Origin: Bacillota bacterium
GTDB lineage: Bacteria; Bacillota; Clostridia; Christensenellales; UMGS416
Direction: 5' to 3'
Assembly: GCA_023409755.1 (NCBI GenBank)
Contig: JAEYRA010000155.1
Span: forward strand, 1-52,542
DNA: 52,542 bases
The notes beneath the pieces are model-generated. The model had not been told where the DNA came from, searched no databases, and worked only from the letters and a program-made list of their open reading frames with translations. Both the position numbers and the translations under genes were made by a program. Of this stretch, positions 1-8,225 are shown in pieces (position 1 is the first letter of the stretch; each line of letters starts with the position of its first letter).

Positions 1-1
1 A

Positions 2-103
2 GGCGCACTGCCCGAAGCAGTGGAACCAACCCCATGGGTCGAACCTGCCTTCCGTGGCAAAGGCATCGAAGAAGCGCTGCTGGCCGCCGCAGGGGAATGC
101 TAA
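2..103 (+). CDS. 3' end of a gene cut by the window edge; GNAT acetyltransferase-like C-terminus
   Basis: The in-frame reading ...PWVEPAFRGKGIEEALLAAAGEC ends at TAA 101-103. The R-G-x-G-I-x-x-x-L-L pattern resembles the GNAT acetyl-CoA binding motif. A hairpin plus T-tract follows. Confidence 0.4.
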   Translation, partial: GALPEAVEPTPWVEPAFRGKGIEEALLAAAGEC

Positions 104-122
104 CCCCATTCCCGCCCAACCG

Positions 123-151
123 AAAAAAGCCCCGTGGATCGGGGCCTTTTG
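123..151. terminator. Bidirectional intrinsic terminator
   Basis: Stem GCCCCG (129-134) pairs with CGGGGC (140-145). It has an A-run upstream and TTTTGTTG downstream. It lies between the + strand partial gene and a minus-strand ORF remnant ending at 179. Confidence 0.6.
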
Positions 152-302
152 TTGTGGTGGCTATTACGCGCCGATGCCTTAGTGCTCGTTGAAAGCCGTG
201 CGGTCGATGGATGCGGCGGTGATGGTGCTGGCGTTGGCGCCGTTCCCGGTGGCAGAGTAGCTACCCACCGTCATGGTGTAGTCGCTGTGTGTCGCTCGTT
301 GA

Positions 303-2345
303 CTATTGTATGAATACGACCCGAGCATCGTCTTGTTCAAGCCGCACAGTGATCCGCAAGCGGCTTGAGGGGGTGAACTCCCAGGAGTCAGCGCCATTCA
401 CTCCAGTAAACATCTCCCTATTGACTGGGTCTGTAATATACTCAAACACGCCGCTGCCTCTCGTAAAGAAGCAAATCACGCCTTTGGCGGCCTGTAGATC
501 AAGCTTAGCATGGATCTCCGGGCTGGAACCCAAGAAGCCCTTTGTTTTTGCGGCATTGGCAGTGACATATGGCGCGACTGCTTTGTATTGCTCGAGTGTA
601 TCGCGGAACAATGCGATTCCTTCGGCATCCATTGCGGAGAGATCTCCCCAGATACCATTACCTCCCAGTACAAGGGAAGCCAATGCATTTCGTTGTGCCT
701 TGGCAGGTCCGTCAGGCAAAAAATGCGTCAGGAACAGGATTGATGGGATGAAACTGTCATACTTAATCCCTTGTCTGCAAACACGGCCTCTCGCAGCACC
801 TGGATGAAAGAACACATTGATTGTGTCCGGCAGACGCTTATGCTCTGGAGGGATATCAAAACTGCTGAAATATGGCCCATTGTTCATTAGGAAATACTTC
901 CCGACAGATAGAAAGCCCAGTCCGACGAAACGACCGCCTTCCGTAATATCGAAATCAACAATTGCGTCTGGGCAGACCTTGGAAACCTCCTCAACAATGC
1001 GGATCATTTCCAGGCCCATTTGATAGCTGTAACAATCCAGCCTCTCTTGCGGAGAATTTTCCTGCGTCCCATGATCATGGTTGGGAGAATTACAACCATA
1101 TTGACCAATGGCATCCCATTTAAAATAAGTAACGCCCAACTCTTGATACAGGCGCACCATTGTTTTAATGAAATGATCGGCGTAGCCAGATGCCAGGCAC
1201 ATCCCCCAGCTTTCCTCGGTCTCCCAAATCTTTCCCCAGTAATTTTCTTTGCCATCAATACTCATCCGGTACTCCGGGTGCTCGGTATTGATCCGAGACG
1301 AATCAGCAGCAACGATCGGGTTAAACCAAAGACCCAACTTCATGCCATACTTGTCAAGCTTCTTCCGTACTTCTTGCATGCCATCGGGAAAGCGCTCCTG
1401 GTTAATGACCCAGTCACCTGTCCGGATAAACCATCCAGTATCGATTACGAATACATCAACCCCCATCGCTGCAGCTGTGTCGATTTCTGCAAGGGTGTGC
1501 TGCAGGTTCATGGAATGTAAGTAGGGCAGGTTGTGGTAATACCGGTTTCGCTCCTGTTTATTCCAAGTGTTGTAGAAGATATACGGCTTGCGTGATTCAG
1601 TGTTTTCTGAGATAAACCGCAGGAAGAATTCACGGTAATGGCAGAACAGGGTGTCGCGGCTGCCTGTGCAGCCAAGAACATGAAACCAAGGTGATTCCAG
1701 AGGATGCTCCTTGTCAATGCTCTGGCCGTTGTAATAATTCCCTTTTCTGGCATGGATGGAGATAGCTGTTTGTTCATCATACTTCCTTGCTTTGAACATC
1801 AGATAGGAGTCTGGATATTCAGCGCCGTGTTCATAAGCCATTAAGCAGCAATATCCCTGTGTTTCTGCCAAAGCGATTGGGCCAGGGAATTGTATCCCCT
1901 CCTCAAGTTCTGATTCGGTTTTCAAATCAAAAGTTGGCAGAAAGGAATGGACGATGGTGTCAAACTGGCTTAATAGAATCTCTGTTAAGTCAACTTCCCC
2001 ATTGAAGCAAAGCCCTGTATAAAGGATATTGTCTTCTCCCATGCTTTTTGTAAGCGTGGCAGATTCGCAGCAATCCAAACGATAGCGAAACCGTGCGACG
2101 GGAGAATTGGGAAAGGTTCTGCATATGATCGTCAAGCGGAATGGCCCATGGATGTATTGATACTGTACTTCACGCCCACCGTTTTGCAAATCCCTTAACA
2201 ACGATACCCCAGCAGATACCCAGGATTGACCGCCGATGGTTTGACCGTTTGCTTCATAGACCGGTTCTTTCAGATTGATTACAAAATCGTCAAAATGCAA
2301 GGATAAAAATGCACCATCTTTATCATTGATAACCACAGTTGACAT
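303..2345 (-). CDS. Glycoside hydrolase family 36 alpha-galactosidase-like protein
   Basis: 680-aa ORF with ATG at 2345 and TAG at 303-305. RBS-like GAAAGGA sits upstream. The motifs VFVIDTGWF and YFKWDAIG are typical of GH36/GH27 clan-D alpha-galactosidases. The gene is visibly more AT-rich than its neighbours. Confidence 0.85.
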   Translation of the reverse strand: MSTVVINDKDGAFLSLHFDDFVINLKEPVYEANGQTIGGQSWVSAGVSLLRDLQNGGREVQYQYIHGPFRLTIICRTFPNSPVARFRYRLDCCESATLTKSMGEDNILYTGLCFNGEVDLTEILLSQFDTIVHSFLPTFDLKTESELEEGIQFPGPIALAETQGYCCLMAYEHGAEYPDSYLMFKARKYDEQTAISIHARKGNYYNGQSIDKEHPLESPWFHVLGCTGSRDTLFCHYREFFLRFISENTESRKPYIFYNTWNKQERNRYYHNLPYLHSMNLQHTLAEIDTAAAMGVDVFVIDTGWFIRTGDWVINQERFPDGMQEVRKKLDKYGMKLGLWFNPIVAADSSRINTEHPEYRMSIDGKENYWGKIWETEESWGMCLASGYADHFIKTMVRLYQELGVTYFKWDAIGQYGCNSPNHDHGTQENSPQERLDCYSYQMGLEMIRIVEEVSKVCPDAIVDFDITEGGRFVGLGFLSVGKYFLMNNGPYFSSFDIPPEHKRLPDTINVFFHPGAARGRVCRQGIKYDSFIPSILFLTHFLPDGPAKAQRNALASLVLGGNGIWGDLSAMDAEGIALFRDTLEQYKAVAPYVTANAAKTKGFLGSSPEIHAKLDLQAAKGVICFFTRGSGVFEYITDPVNREMFTGVNGADSWEFTPSSRLRITVRLEQDDARVVFIQ

Positions 2346-2468
2346 CGTAATTCAGTCCTTTCAATGTGTTATAAAGGATACGACTACACTTTGCAATGTT
2401 CCAGTTCTTCTTCATCTCTGCATAGATCTCCTTCCTGAGCTTTTACTTGCAACAAACTCTGCGTTTAC

Positions 2469-2547
2469 TGGTGGTGGAGTATGGAGGATCGAACCGCTGG
2501 TCTCCGATGCGAACGCAGGGGCTTTACCAGCGAAGCCAATGCCTCAT
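2469..2547 (-). other. Degenerate tRNA-like fragment (not a foldable tRNA)
   Basis: The minus-strand RNA has a good D-arm (GCUU-CGCUGGUA-AAGC), a T-loop GGUUCGAUCC and a 3' end ...CUCCACCACCA. The T-stem and acceptor stem do not pair and the anticodon stem has a mismatch. It looks like a chimeric or decayed tRNA 3' half. Confidence 0.3.
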
Positions 2548-2613
2548 ATTTACTTGCTCAAGACCTATCGTGCACCACCTGCTGTTTAAGGGAAGGCGTG
2601 GGGGGGGCGCCCA

Positions 2614-2647
2614 TGAAAAAGGCCCCCCCTTTTCGCATGAGGGGGAG
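2614..2647 (-). terminator. Intrinsic terminator downstream of hydG
   Basis: Minus-strand RNA reads CUCCCCCUCAUGCGAAAAGGGGGGGCCUUUUUC. This is a C-run/G-run stem followed by a U5 tract, ~40 nt after the hydG stop. Confidence 0.6.
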
Positions 2648-2685
2648 CCGGATGTGATGACAATAAGATGGCTTAACTTCGTTCC

Positions 2686-4080
2686 TTACAGGAACAGATC
2701 CCGCTCTCCCGCACGCATGCGCTTGAGCTTGTCCTGCACAGTGGCACGCAGCCGGCCGTCCGTGATGGCTGCCACCTCCCGCTCGATGAGTTTGCTGCCC
2801 ATGTCGTTGAGCTCGGCGTCGCCGTAATCGAGCATGTACTCCTGCAACGTCAGCAGGGCGTTGGGGGTGCAGACGTTCTGGATCTCCCCACTGCGCGCAA
2901 GAGCCATGAACCGGTCGCCGGTGCGGCCCTGACGGTAGCAGGCCGTGCAGTAGCTGGGGATGTAGCCGTTCTCAATGAGATCCTTGATGACCTCCAGCGG
3001 CCGCCGCTCGTCGGAGAGTTCAAACTGATCGGTGTTGACGCGTCGGCCCTGGGCCGTGGCTTCCTCCTGCTCGTGGTAGCCGCCGATGCCGGTGCTGGAG
3101 CCGGCGCTGACCTGAGAGACGCCGTAGCGAAGCAGCTCATCGCGCATGGCGGCACTCTCCCGGGTGGACATGATGATGCCGGTGTAGGGCACGGCGATGC
3201 GGAGGATCGCCACCAGATGCCGGAACGTCTCGTCGTCCACGAGGTTGGGGAAGTCAGCAAGGCTCATGCCTTCGGCCTGCTTCAGGCGCGGCATGCTGAT
3301 GGTGTGGAAGCCCACGCCATAGGTCTGTTCCAGGTGGTCGTTGTGCATCATCAGGGCCAGCGCCTCATACCGCGGGTCGGCCAGGCCGAAGAGCACACCC
3401 GCGCCCACGTCCTCAATGCCGGCCTCCATCGCCCGGTCAAAGGCCGTCAGATGGTACTCGTAGCTGCTCTTCCGGCAGTGGGGGTGCATGGCCTCATAGG
3501 TCGGCTTGTGGTATGTCTCCTGAAACAGGATGTAGGTGCCGATGCCCTTGTCGTGGAGCATGCGGTACTCCTCCACCGTGGTGGCGGCAATGTTCACATT
3601 GACCCGGCGAATGCTGCCGTTGTCGAGCTTGGTCTCGTAGATGGCGTCCAGCGCCTCCAGAATGTACTCAATGGGGCAGTTGACCGGGTCCTCCCCGGCC
3701 TCCAGCGCCAGGCGCTTGTGGCCCATGCGTTCCAACGCTCGTACCTCAGCCTGAATTTCCTCGCGTGTCAGTTTTTTACGCGGCATGGCGTTGCAGCGCT
3801 GGTAGCCGCAGTACACGCAGTTGTTCACGCAGTGGTTGGAGACATAAAGCGGCGCAAACAGCACGATGCGGTTGCCGTAGATCTTCCGCTTGATCTCCCC
3901 GGCGACGGCGTACAGCCGGGCCATCAGATCCGGCTCGTCCACGTAAAGCAGCGTCGCGATATCAGCATGATTGAGCCGTTCGCCGCGCTCGGTCTTCTCC
4001 ACGGCGGCGGTTTTTGTTGCCACGGTCGCGCCGGCGGCGTCGGCCAGCAAGCCTTCAATGTACCCTTGATCAATGAACAT
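2686..4080 (-). CDS. hydG: [FeFe]-hydrogenase maturase HydG (radical SAM tyrosine lyase)
   Basis: Radical-SAM motif CVNNCVYC and C-terminal cluster motif CTACYRQGRTGDRFM...NVCTPN (CxxCx22C). The start is trimmed from the track ORF to ATG 4080, which is preceded by GGAGGA. It overlaps the hydE stop by 11 nt. Confidence 0.93.
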   Translation of the reverse strand: MFIDQGYIEGLLADAAGATVATKTAAVEKTERGERLNHADIATLLYVDEPDLMARLYAVAGEIKRKIYGNRIVLFAPLYVSNHCVNNCVYCGYQRCNAMPRKKLTREEIQAEVRALERMGHKRLALEAGEDPVNCPIEYILEALDAIYETKLDNGSIRRVNVNIAATTVEEYRMLHDKGIGTYILFQETYHKPTYEAMHPHCRKSSYEYHLTAFDRAMEAGIEDVGAGVLFGLADPRYEALALMMHNDHLEQTYGVGFHTISMPRLKQAEGMSLADFPNLVDDETFRHLVAILRIAVPYTGIIMSTRESAAMRDELLRYGVSQVSAGSSTGIGGYHEQEEATAQGRRVNTDQFELSDERRPLEVIKDLIENGYIPSYCTACYRQGRTGDRFMALARSGEIQNVCTPNALLTLQEYMLDYGDAELNDMGSKLIEREVAAITDGRLRATVQDKLKRMRAGERDLFL

Positions 4081-5107
4081 CCTTCGTCCTCCAATCCAAA
4101 TGGTCGCCCCTCGCGCTGGAGAGCACATACCCGACCTTCTCCACCCGCCGTTCCAGGCAGCGGCGGCATTCGGCGGCTTCGTCACCGGTGCAGATCTTGT
4201 TGTCATACAGCAGGTATTTCTTTCGCACGTCGGTGGGCGAAAGGTTGGGCATCACCACATTCCCCCCGGCGGAGAGTACCCTCTCCCGCCCGAAGGGGTC
4301 GAGGGTGCCCACGGCCGTGGTGGCCGGCAGCAACGCCCGGGGCAGCATCAGCCGCACCATGGCCACCAGCAATACCGTCTGCTCCACACTGCCGGCCGGT
4401 GCGGCGGCCAGCGGCGTGTCGTGGTGCGGGATGAACGGACCAATGCCCACCATGGCCGGTTGCAGCTCCCGCAGGAAGATGAGATCATCAGCCAGCGTCT
4501 CGGGCGTTTGGCCGGGTGAACCCACCATAAACCCCGCGCCGACCTGGTAGCCGATGTCCTTCAAATCCCACAAACAGCGCTTACGGTTGGCAAGGCTCAT
4601 GTCCTGTGGGTGCAGGCTGGCGTAGTGGGCGTCGTTGGCCGTCTCGTGCCGCAAGAGATACCGGTTGGCCCCGGCGTCATAGAGCCGCTGGTAGGACGCC
4701 CGGCTGCGCTCCCCCAGCGAGAGGGTGATTGCACAATCCGGGTACCCAGCGCGGATGGCCCCAACGACGGCGCACAGGCGATCGTCGGTGTACCACGGGT
4801 CCTCCCCGCCCTGCAGCACGAAGGTGCGGTACCCCAGCTCATAGCCCAGGGCGCAGCACTCGAGGATCTGCTCCTCGCTCAGCCGGTAGCGCTCCGCCTG
4901 ACCGTTGCTGCGGCGGATGCCGCAGTACAGGCAGTCATTTTTGCAGTAGTTGGTACACTCAATGAGCCCGCGGGTGTAAACCTCCAACCCATACTCCTCG
5001 CGCTTGACGCGGTCGGCGGCGGCCAAGACCTCCCGCCGGGTGCCGTCGTCAATGTGGGTCAGGAAGTCGGCCAGCTCCCTACGGGTCATGGCGTTGAAAT
5101 CAACCAT
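4070..5107 (-). CDS. hydE: [FeFe]-hydrogenase maturase HydE (radical SAM)
   Basis: Carries CKNDCLYC radical-SAM motif and a BioB/HydE-like TIM barrel sequence (FVLQGGEDP, GFMVGSPGQT). The start is trimmed to ATG 5107, in an ATGGTTGA overlap with the hydF stop. Confidence 0.92.
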   Translation of the reverse strand: MVDFNAMTRRELADFLTHIDDGTRREVLAAADRVKREEYGLEVYTRGLIECTNYCKNDCLYCGIRRSNGQAERYRLSEEQILECCALGYELGYRTFVLQGGEDPWYTDDRLCAVVGAIRAGYPDCAITLSLGERSRASYQRLYDAGANRYLLRHETANDAHYASLHPQDMSLANRKRCLWDLKDIGYQVGAGFMVGSPGQTPETLADDLIFLRELQPAMVGIGPFIPHHDTPLAAAPAGSVEQTVLLVAMVRLMLPRALLPATTAVGTLDPFGRERVLSAGGNVVMPNLSPTDVRKKYLLYDNKICTGDEAAECRRCLERRVEKVGYVLSSARGDHLDWRTKDVH

Positions 5108-6332
5108 TGATGCCCTCCTCCCAGGCCAGGCGAGCCAGCGGGAACGGCTCCAACACCCGGGGCAGAATGCCCTGCACACAGGCGATGAGCACGCCGTAGT
5201 TGACGATGGGCACCCCGGCTGACCGTGCTTCGGCAAGTCGGGTTTGCATCTCGGCGCGGTTGAGCATGCACGCGCCGCAGTGCACCACCAGGGCGAAGCG
5301 GTTGAGGTCCTCTGGGTAGGTCATGCCGGCGGTGAAGGAAAAGCGGAGTTCCCGGCCCGTCATCTCCCGTAGCCAGCGCGGAATCTTCACCCGGCCAATG
5401 TCGTCAGCCTGCTGGTGATGGGTGCAGCCCTCAGCGATGAGCACCTCGTCGCCGTCCTTGAGGCATGCAATGGCCCGCGCGCCCAACACCAGCTGCTCCA
5501 GGTCGCCCTTGTACCGCGCGAACAGGATGGAGAAGCTCGTCAGCATCACATCCCGCGGCACATCGGCTGAGACTTTCAGGAACACCTGGGAGTCGGTGAC
5601 GACCAGTCGGGGTTTCTCCCCCAACAGGGCGAGGGTGCGGCGCAGCTCATGCTCCTTGGTCACCAGGGCCACGGCGTCGTTCTCCAGCACATCACGGATG
5701 ACCTGCTGCTGGGGCAGGATGAGCCGGCCCTTGGGCGCGGCTTTGTCGATGGGTGTCACCAGCACCACCACGTCGCCGGGGCGCACGAGGTCGCCCAGCA
5801 ACTTCAGTCTGCCCTCCCCGGTGGGTGCAGCCCCGGCGATGGCCTGGCGCAGGCCTTCCACCCCAAGGCCGGTGGCGGCGGACACCACGTGCACCGGTAC
5901 GCCCAGCGCTGCCCCCAGCACCGCCACGTCCACCGGGCCTGTGTCGGCCTTGTTGGCCACCACCAGTACCGGCAGTTTCTTGGCCTGCAGACGGGTTAAG
6001 ATGTCCCGGTCGGCGTCCGTCACACCAAAGCTTCCATCCAGCACCAACACAGCCAGGTCGGTGCGGCCCAGCACAGCCATCGTCTTGGCCACGCGCTTGT
6101 CCCCCAGTTCCCCCTCGTCATCGAGCCCAGCGGTGTCAATGAGCACGCAGGGGCCCAGCGGCAATATCTCCATGGTCTTGTAAACCGGGTCGGTCGTGGT
6201 GCCGGCCACGTCGGAGACGATGGCTGCCTGCTGGCCCGTCACGGCGTTGATGAGGCTCGATTTGCCGGCGTTGCGCCGCCCGAAGAAGGCGATGTGAAGC
6301 CGTTCGGCCTTTGGGGTTTGGTTCATCGTCAT
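5100..6332 (-). CDS. hydF: [FeFe]-hydrogenase maturation GTPase HydF
   Basis: P-loop GRRNAGKSS and the DTAG motif. C-terminal FeS-binding motifs are CTHH ... HCGACM. RBS GGAAGGAGA lies 5 nt before ATG 6332. Confidence 0.92.
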   Translation of the reverse strand: MTMNQTPKAERLHIAFFGRRNAGKSSLINAVTGQQAAIVSDVAGTTTDPVYKTMEILPLGPCVLIDTAGLDDEGELGDKRVAKTMAVLGRTDLAVLVLDGSFGVTDADRDILTRLQAKKLPVLVVANKADTGPVDVAVLGAALGVPVHVVSAATGLGVEGLRQAIAGAAPTGEGRLKLLGDLVRPGDVVVLVTPIDKAAPKGRLILPQQQVIRDVLENDAVALVTKEHELRRTLALLGEKPRLVVTDSQVFLKVSADVPRDVMLTSFSILFARYKGDLEQLVLGARAIACLKDGDEVLIAEGCTHHQQADDIGRVKIPRWLREMTGRELRFSFTAGMTYPEDLNRFALVVHCGACMLNRAEMQTRLAEARSAGVPIVNYGVLIACVQGILPRVLEPFPLARLAWEEGING

Positions 6333-7744
6333 GGCTGTCTCCTTCCAGTCCGCCCCGGCACCCCGGGTCGGGTCAGGTCATTGAGGGTGAAGATGCGCTC
6401 CACGGTCTCCGCCGACAGGCCCGATTCCGCCAGCGCCACCTGCCGTAGGGTGCAGCCCGTCGCTTGTGCCGTGTGGGCCAGCTCCGCTGCCCGGTCGTAC
6501 CCCACATGGGCGATGAGGGCTGCTGCCGCCGCGGTGGAGTGCTCCAATGTCGACCGGCAGCGCTCGGCGTCCACCTCAATGCCACGGATGCAACGCTCGG
6601 TGAGCAGCGGCACCGCCGCGCAGAGCAACTCCAGCATGTCGAGCAGGCTATCAGCGATGAGAGGCAGGAAGGCATTCAACTCCAGCTGCCCCATGCCCGC
6701 CGCTGACGTCACCGCCCCGTCGTGGGCGATGACCCGCAGCGCCACCTGGGTCACCATCTCCGGCAGTACGGGGTTGACCTTGCCGGGCATGATGGAGCTG
6801 CCAGCTTGCACCGCGGGGAGTTTCAGCTCCGCCAGCCCGCCCGCCGGGCCGCCGGCCAGCAGCCGCAGGTCACCGCAGAGCTTCAGCAGCGTGGCGGCAC
6901 AGGCCTTGAGGAGCCCCGACACCTCCACGTACACATCGGCGTTCTGGATGGCATCCATCGGTGACTCGGCCCGCGCCAGCCCCAGCCCCGTGGCCTGCTG
7001 CAGCAGATCGGTCACGCGGTAGGTGTAGGCCGGCGGGGCATTCAAGCCGGTGCCGATGGCCGTGCCGCCGATGGGAATGACCCGCAGCCGCTCCTCCGCC
7101 TTGTAGATGCGCCAGCGATCCCGCGCCACGGCCTGGGCATAAGCCCCGAAGCCCTGCCCCACACGCATGGGCAGCGCATCCATGAGCTCGGTGCGCCCTA
7201 GGCGCGCCACGGTGTCAAACTCGCGTTCCTTGGCCTGCAGTGCCTCCTGCAGGGCGGCAAGTGCATCGGCCAGCCGCCGCACGAGATGGATGGCCGCAAT
7301 GCGCAGCGCCGTGGGCACCACATCGTTGGTGGATTGGGAGTAATTGACGTCGTTTACGGGATGCACCAGGGCGTAGTCACCCTTCTGCCCGCCCAGCAGC
7401 TCGATGGCGCGATTGGCCACGCACTCGTTGACGTTCATGTTGAGCGACGTGCCCGCCCCGCCCTGCAGGCTGCTGGTGGCAAGGTCCTGGGCCGCCAAGC
7501 CGCCCAGCAGGTCGTCGCAGGCCCGGGCGATGGCGTCGGCTTTATCAGCCGCCAGCAGGCCGGCCTGGCCGTTGGCCTGGGCCGCCGCCCGCTTCACCAC
7601 CAGCATGGCGTCGATGAGACACCGCTTCACCGGCGGGGCGGGAAGGTCAAAATTGAGCTGCGCCCGGCGGGTGTGGATGCCGGCGTACCCCGCGGCTTCC
7701 ACCGCAAGTTCGCCCAGCGAATCCTGCTCCATGCGCGTCAGCAC
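6329..7744 (-). CDS. Class II lyase of the aspartate ammonia-lyase/fumarase family (hyd-operon associated)
   Basis: Carries the GSSIMPGKVNP signature loop. GTG start at 7744 sits 9 nt after AAGGAGG and one base after the upstream stop. Its stop overlaps the hydF start. Confidence 0.85.
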   Translation of the reverse strand: MLTRMEQDSLGELAVEAAGYAGIHTRRAQLNFDLPAPPVKRCLIDAMLVVKRAAAQANGQAGLLAADKADAIARACDDLLGGLAAQDLATSSLQGGAGTSLNMNVNECVANRAIELLGGQKGDYALVHPVNDVNYSQSTNDVVPTALRIAAIHLVRRLADALAALQEALQAKEREFDTVARLGRTELMDALPMRVGQGFGAYAQAVARDRWRIYKAEERLRVIPIGGTAIGTGLNAPPAYTYRVTDLLQQATGLGLARAESPMDAIQNADVYVEVSGLLKACAATLLKLCGDLRLLAGGPAGGLAELKLPAVQAGSSIMPGKVNPVLPEMVTQVALRVIAHDGAVTSAAGMGQLELNAFLPLIADSLLDMLELLCAAVPLLTERCIRGIEVDAERCRSTLEHSTAAAAALIAHVGYDRAAELAHTAQATGCTLRQVALAESGLSAETVERIFTLNDLTRPGVPGRTGRRQP

Positions 7745-7745
7745 G

Positions 7746-8000
7746 TCACTCCACCTCCTTTTTGGAGATGGATGTCTTGATGGTGACGTACGGGATTGCC
7801 CCGAGTTTCCCCGTCAGGCTGTTGATCTCATTGACATCACTCAGAACGACGATGGAAATGACCGCCAGGTCCTCCTCGGGCATGGGGATACCCATGCGGC
7901 CCTTCACAATGCCCTGAAACCCCGACACCACGGCATTGAACTGCTGTTGGCACAGGTTCGGCTTCTCCAGAATGGCGCTGACGACGGCAACTCGCTTCAT
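7746..8000 (-). CDS. Small TM1266-like putative iron-only hydrogenase system regulator (ACT/NikR-C-like fold)
   Basis: 84 aa starting MKRVAVVSAILEKP...GIVKGRMGIPMPEEDLAVISIVV. This matches my recollection of the small regulator family co-occurring with hydEFG. The start is trimmed to ATG 8000, preceded by GGAGGGG. Confidence 0.75.
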   Translation of the reverse strand: MKRVAVVSAILEKPNLCQQQFNAVVSGFQGIVKGRMGIPMPEEDLAVISIVVLSDVNEINSLTGKLGAIPYVTIKTSISKKEVE

Positions 8001-8014
8001 ATTCCCCTCCCACA

Positions 8015-8048
8015 ACAAAAAAGGCCTCCCCGTGTGGACGGGAAGGCC
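8015..8048 (-). terminator. Leader terminator (attenuator) immediately upstream of the hyd operon RBS
   Basis: Minus RNA is GGCCUUCCCG-UCCACA-CGGGGAGGCC followed by UUUUUU. It ends ~14 nt before the RBS of the first hyd-operon gene and lies downstream of the only promoter-like element. Confidence 0.65.
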
Positions 8049-8178
8049 GCGCAAACGCAAAAAGAACACGCGCAGACCGATGGCTCGCGTTGTTTCCTTC
8101 CGAATCAGCTCATGGCTTTTCCGTCAGTCCGGGTTGTTGGCAGGCCGGCAAAGGCATCCCTCGGCCAGCTGCACAATG

Positions 8179-8207
8179 ATTGTATGCGAGCCAAAACAGA
8201 TTGTCAA
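8179..8207 (-). promoter_or_regulatory. Sigma-70-type promoter for the hyd operon leader
   Basis: On the minus strand, TTGACA (8207-8202), a 17-nt spacer and TACAAT (8184-8179). This predicts a ~170-nt 5' leader. Confidence 0.6.
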
Positions 8208-8225
8208 GGTTTTGACAATATTGCT

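Noticed and set aside
2469-2580. Possible functional tRNA gene, or a 112-nt tRNA-like RNA closed by GGUGGUG/CACCACC
   Set aside because: No acceptor-stem partner exists at tRNA distance. The T-stem halves do not pair, with only 3 of 5 positions pairing (one a G-U wobble). 112 nt is too long for any tRNA class. It is kept only as a degenerate tRNA-derived fragment.
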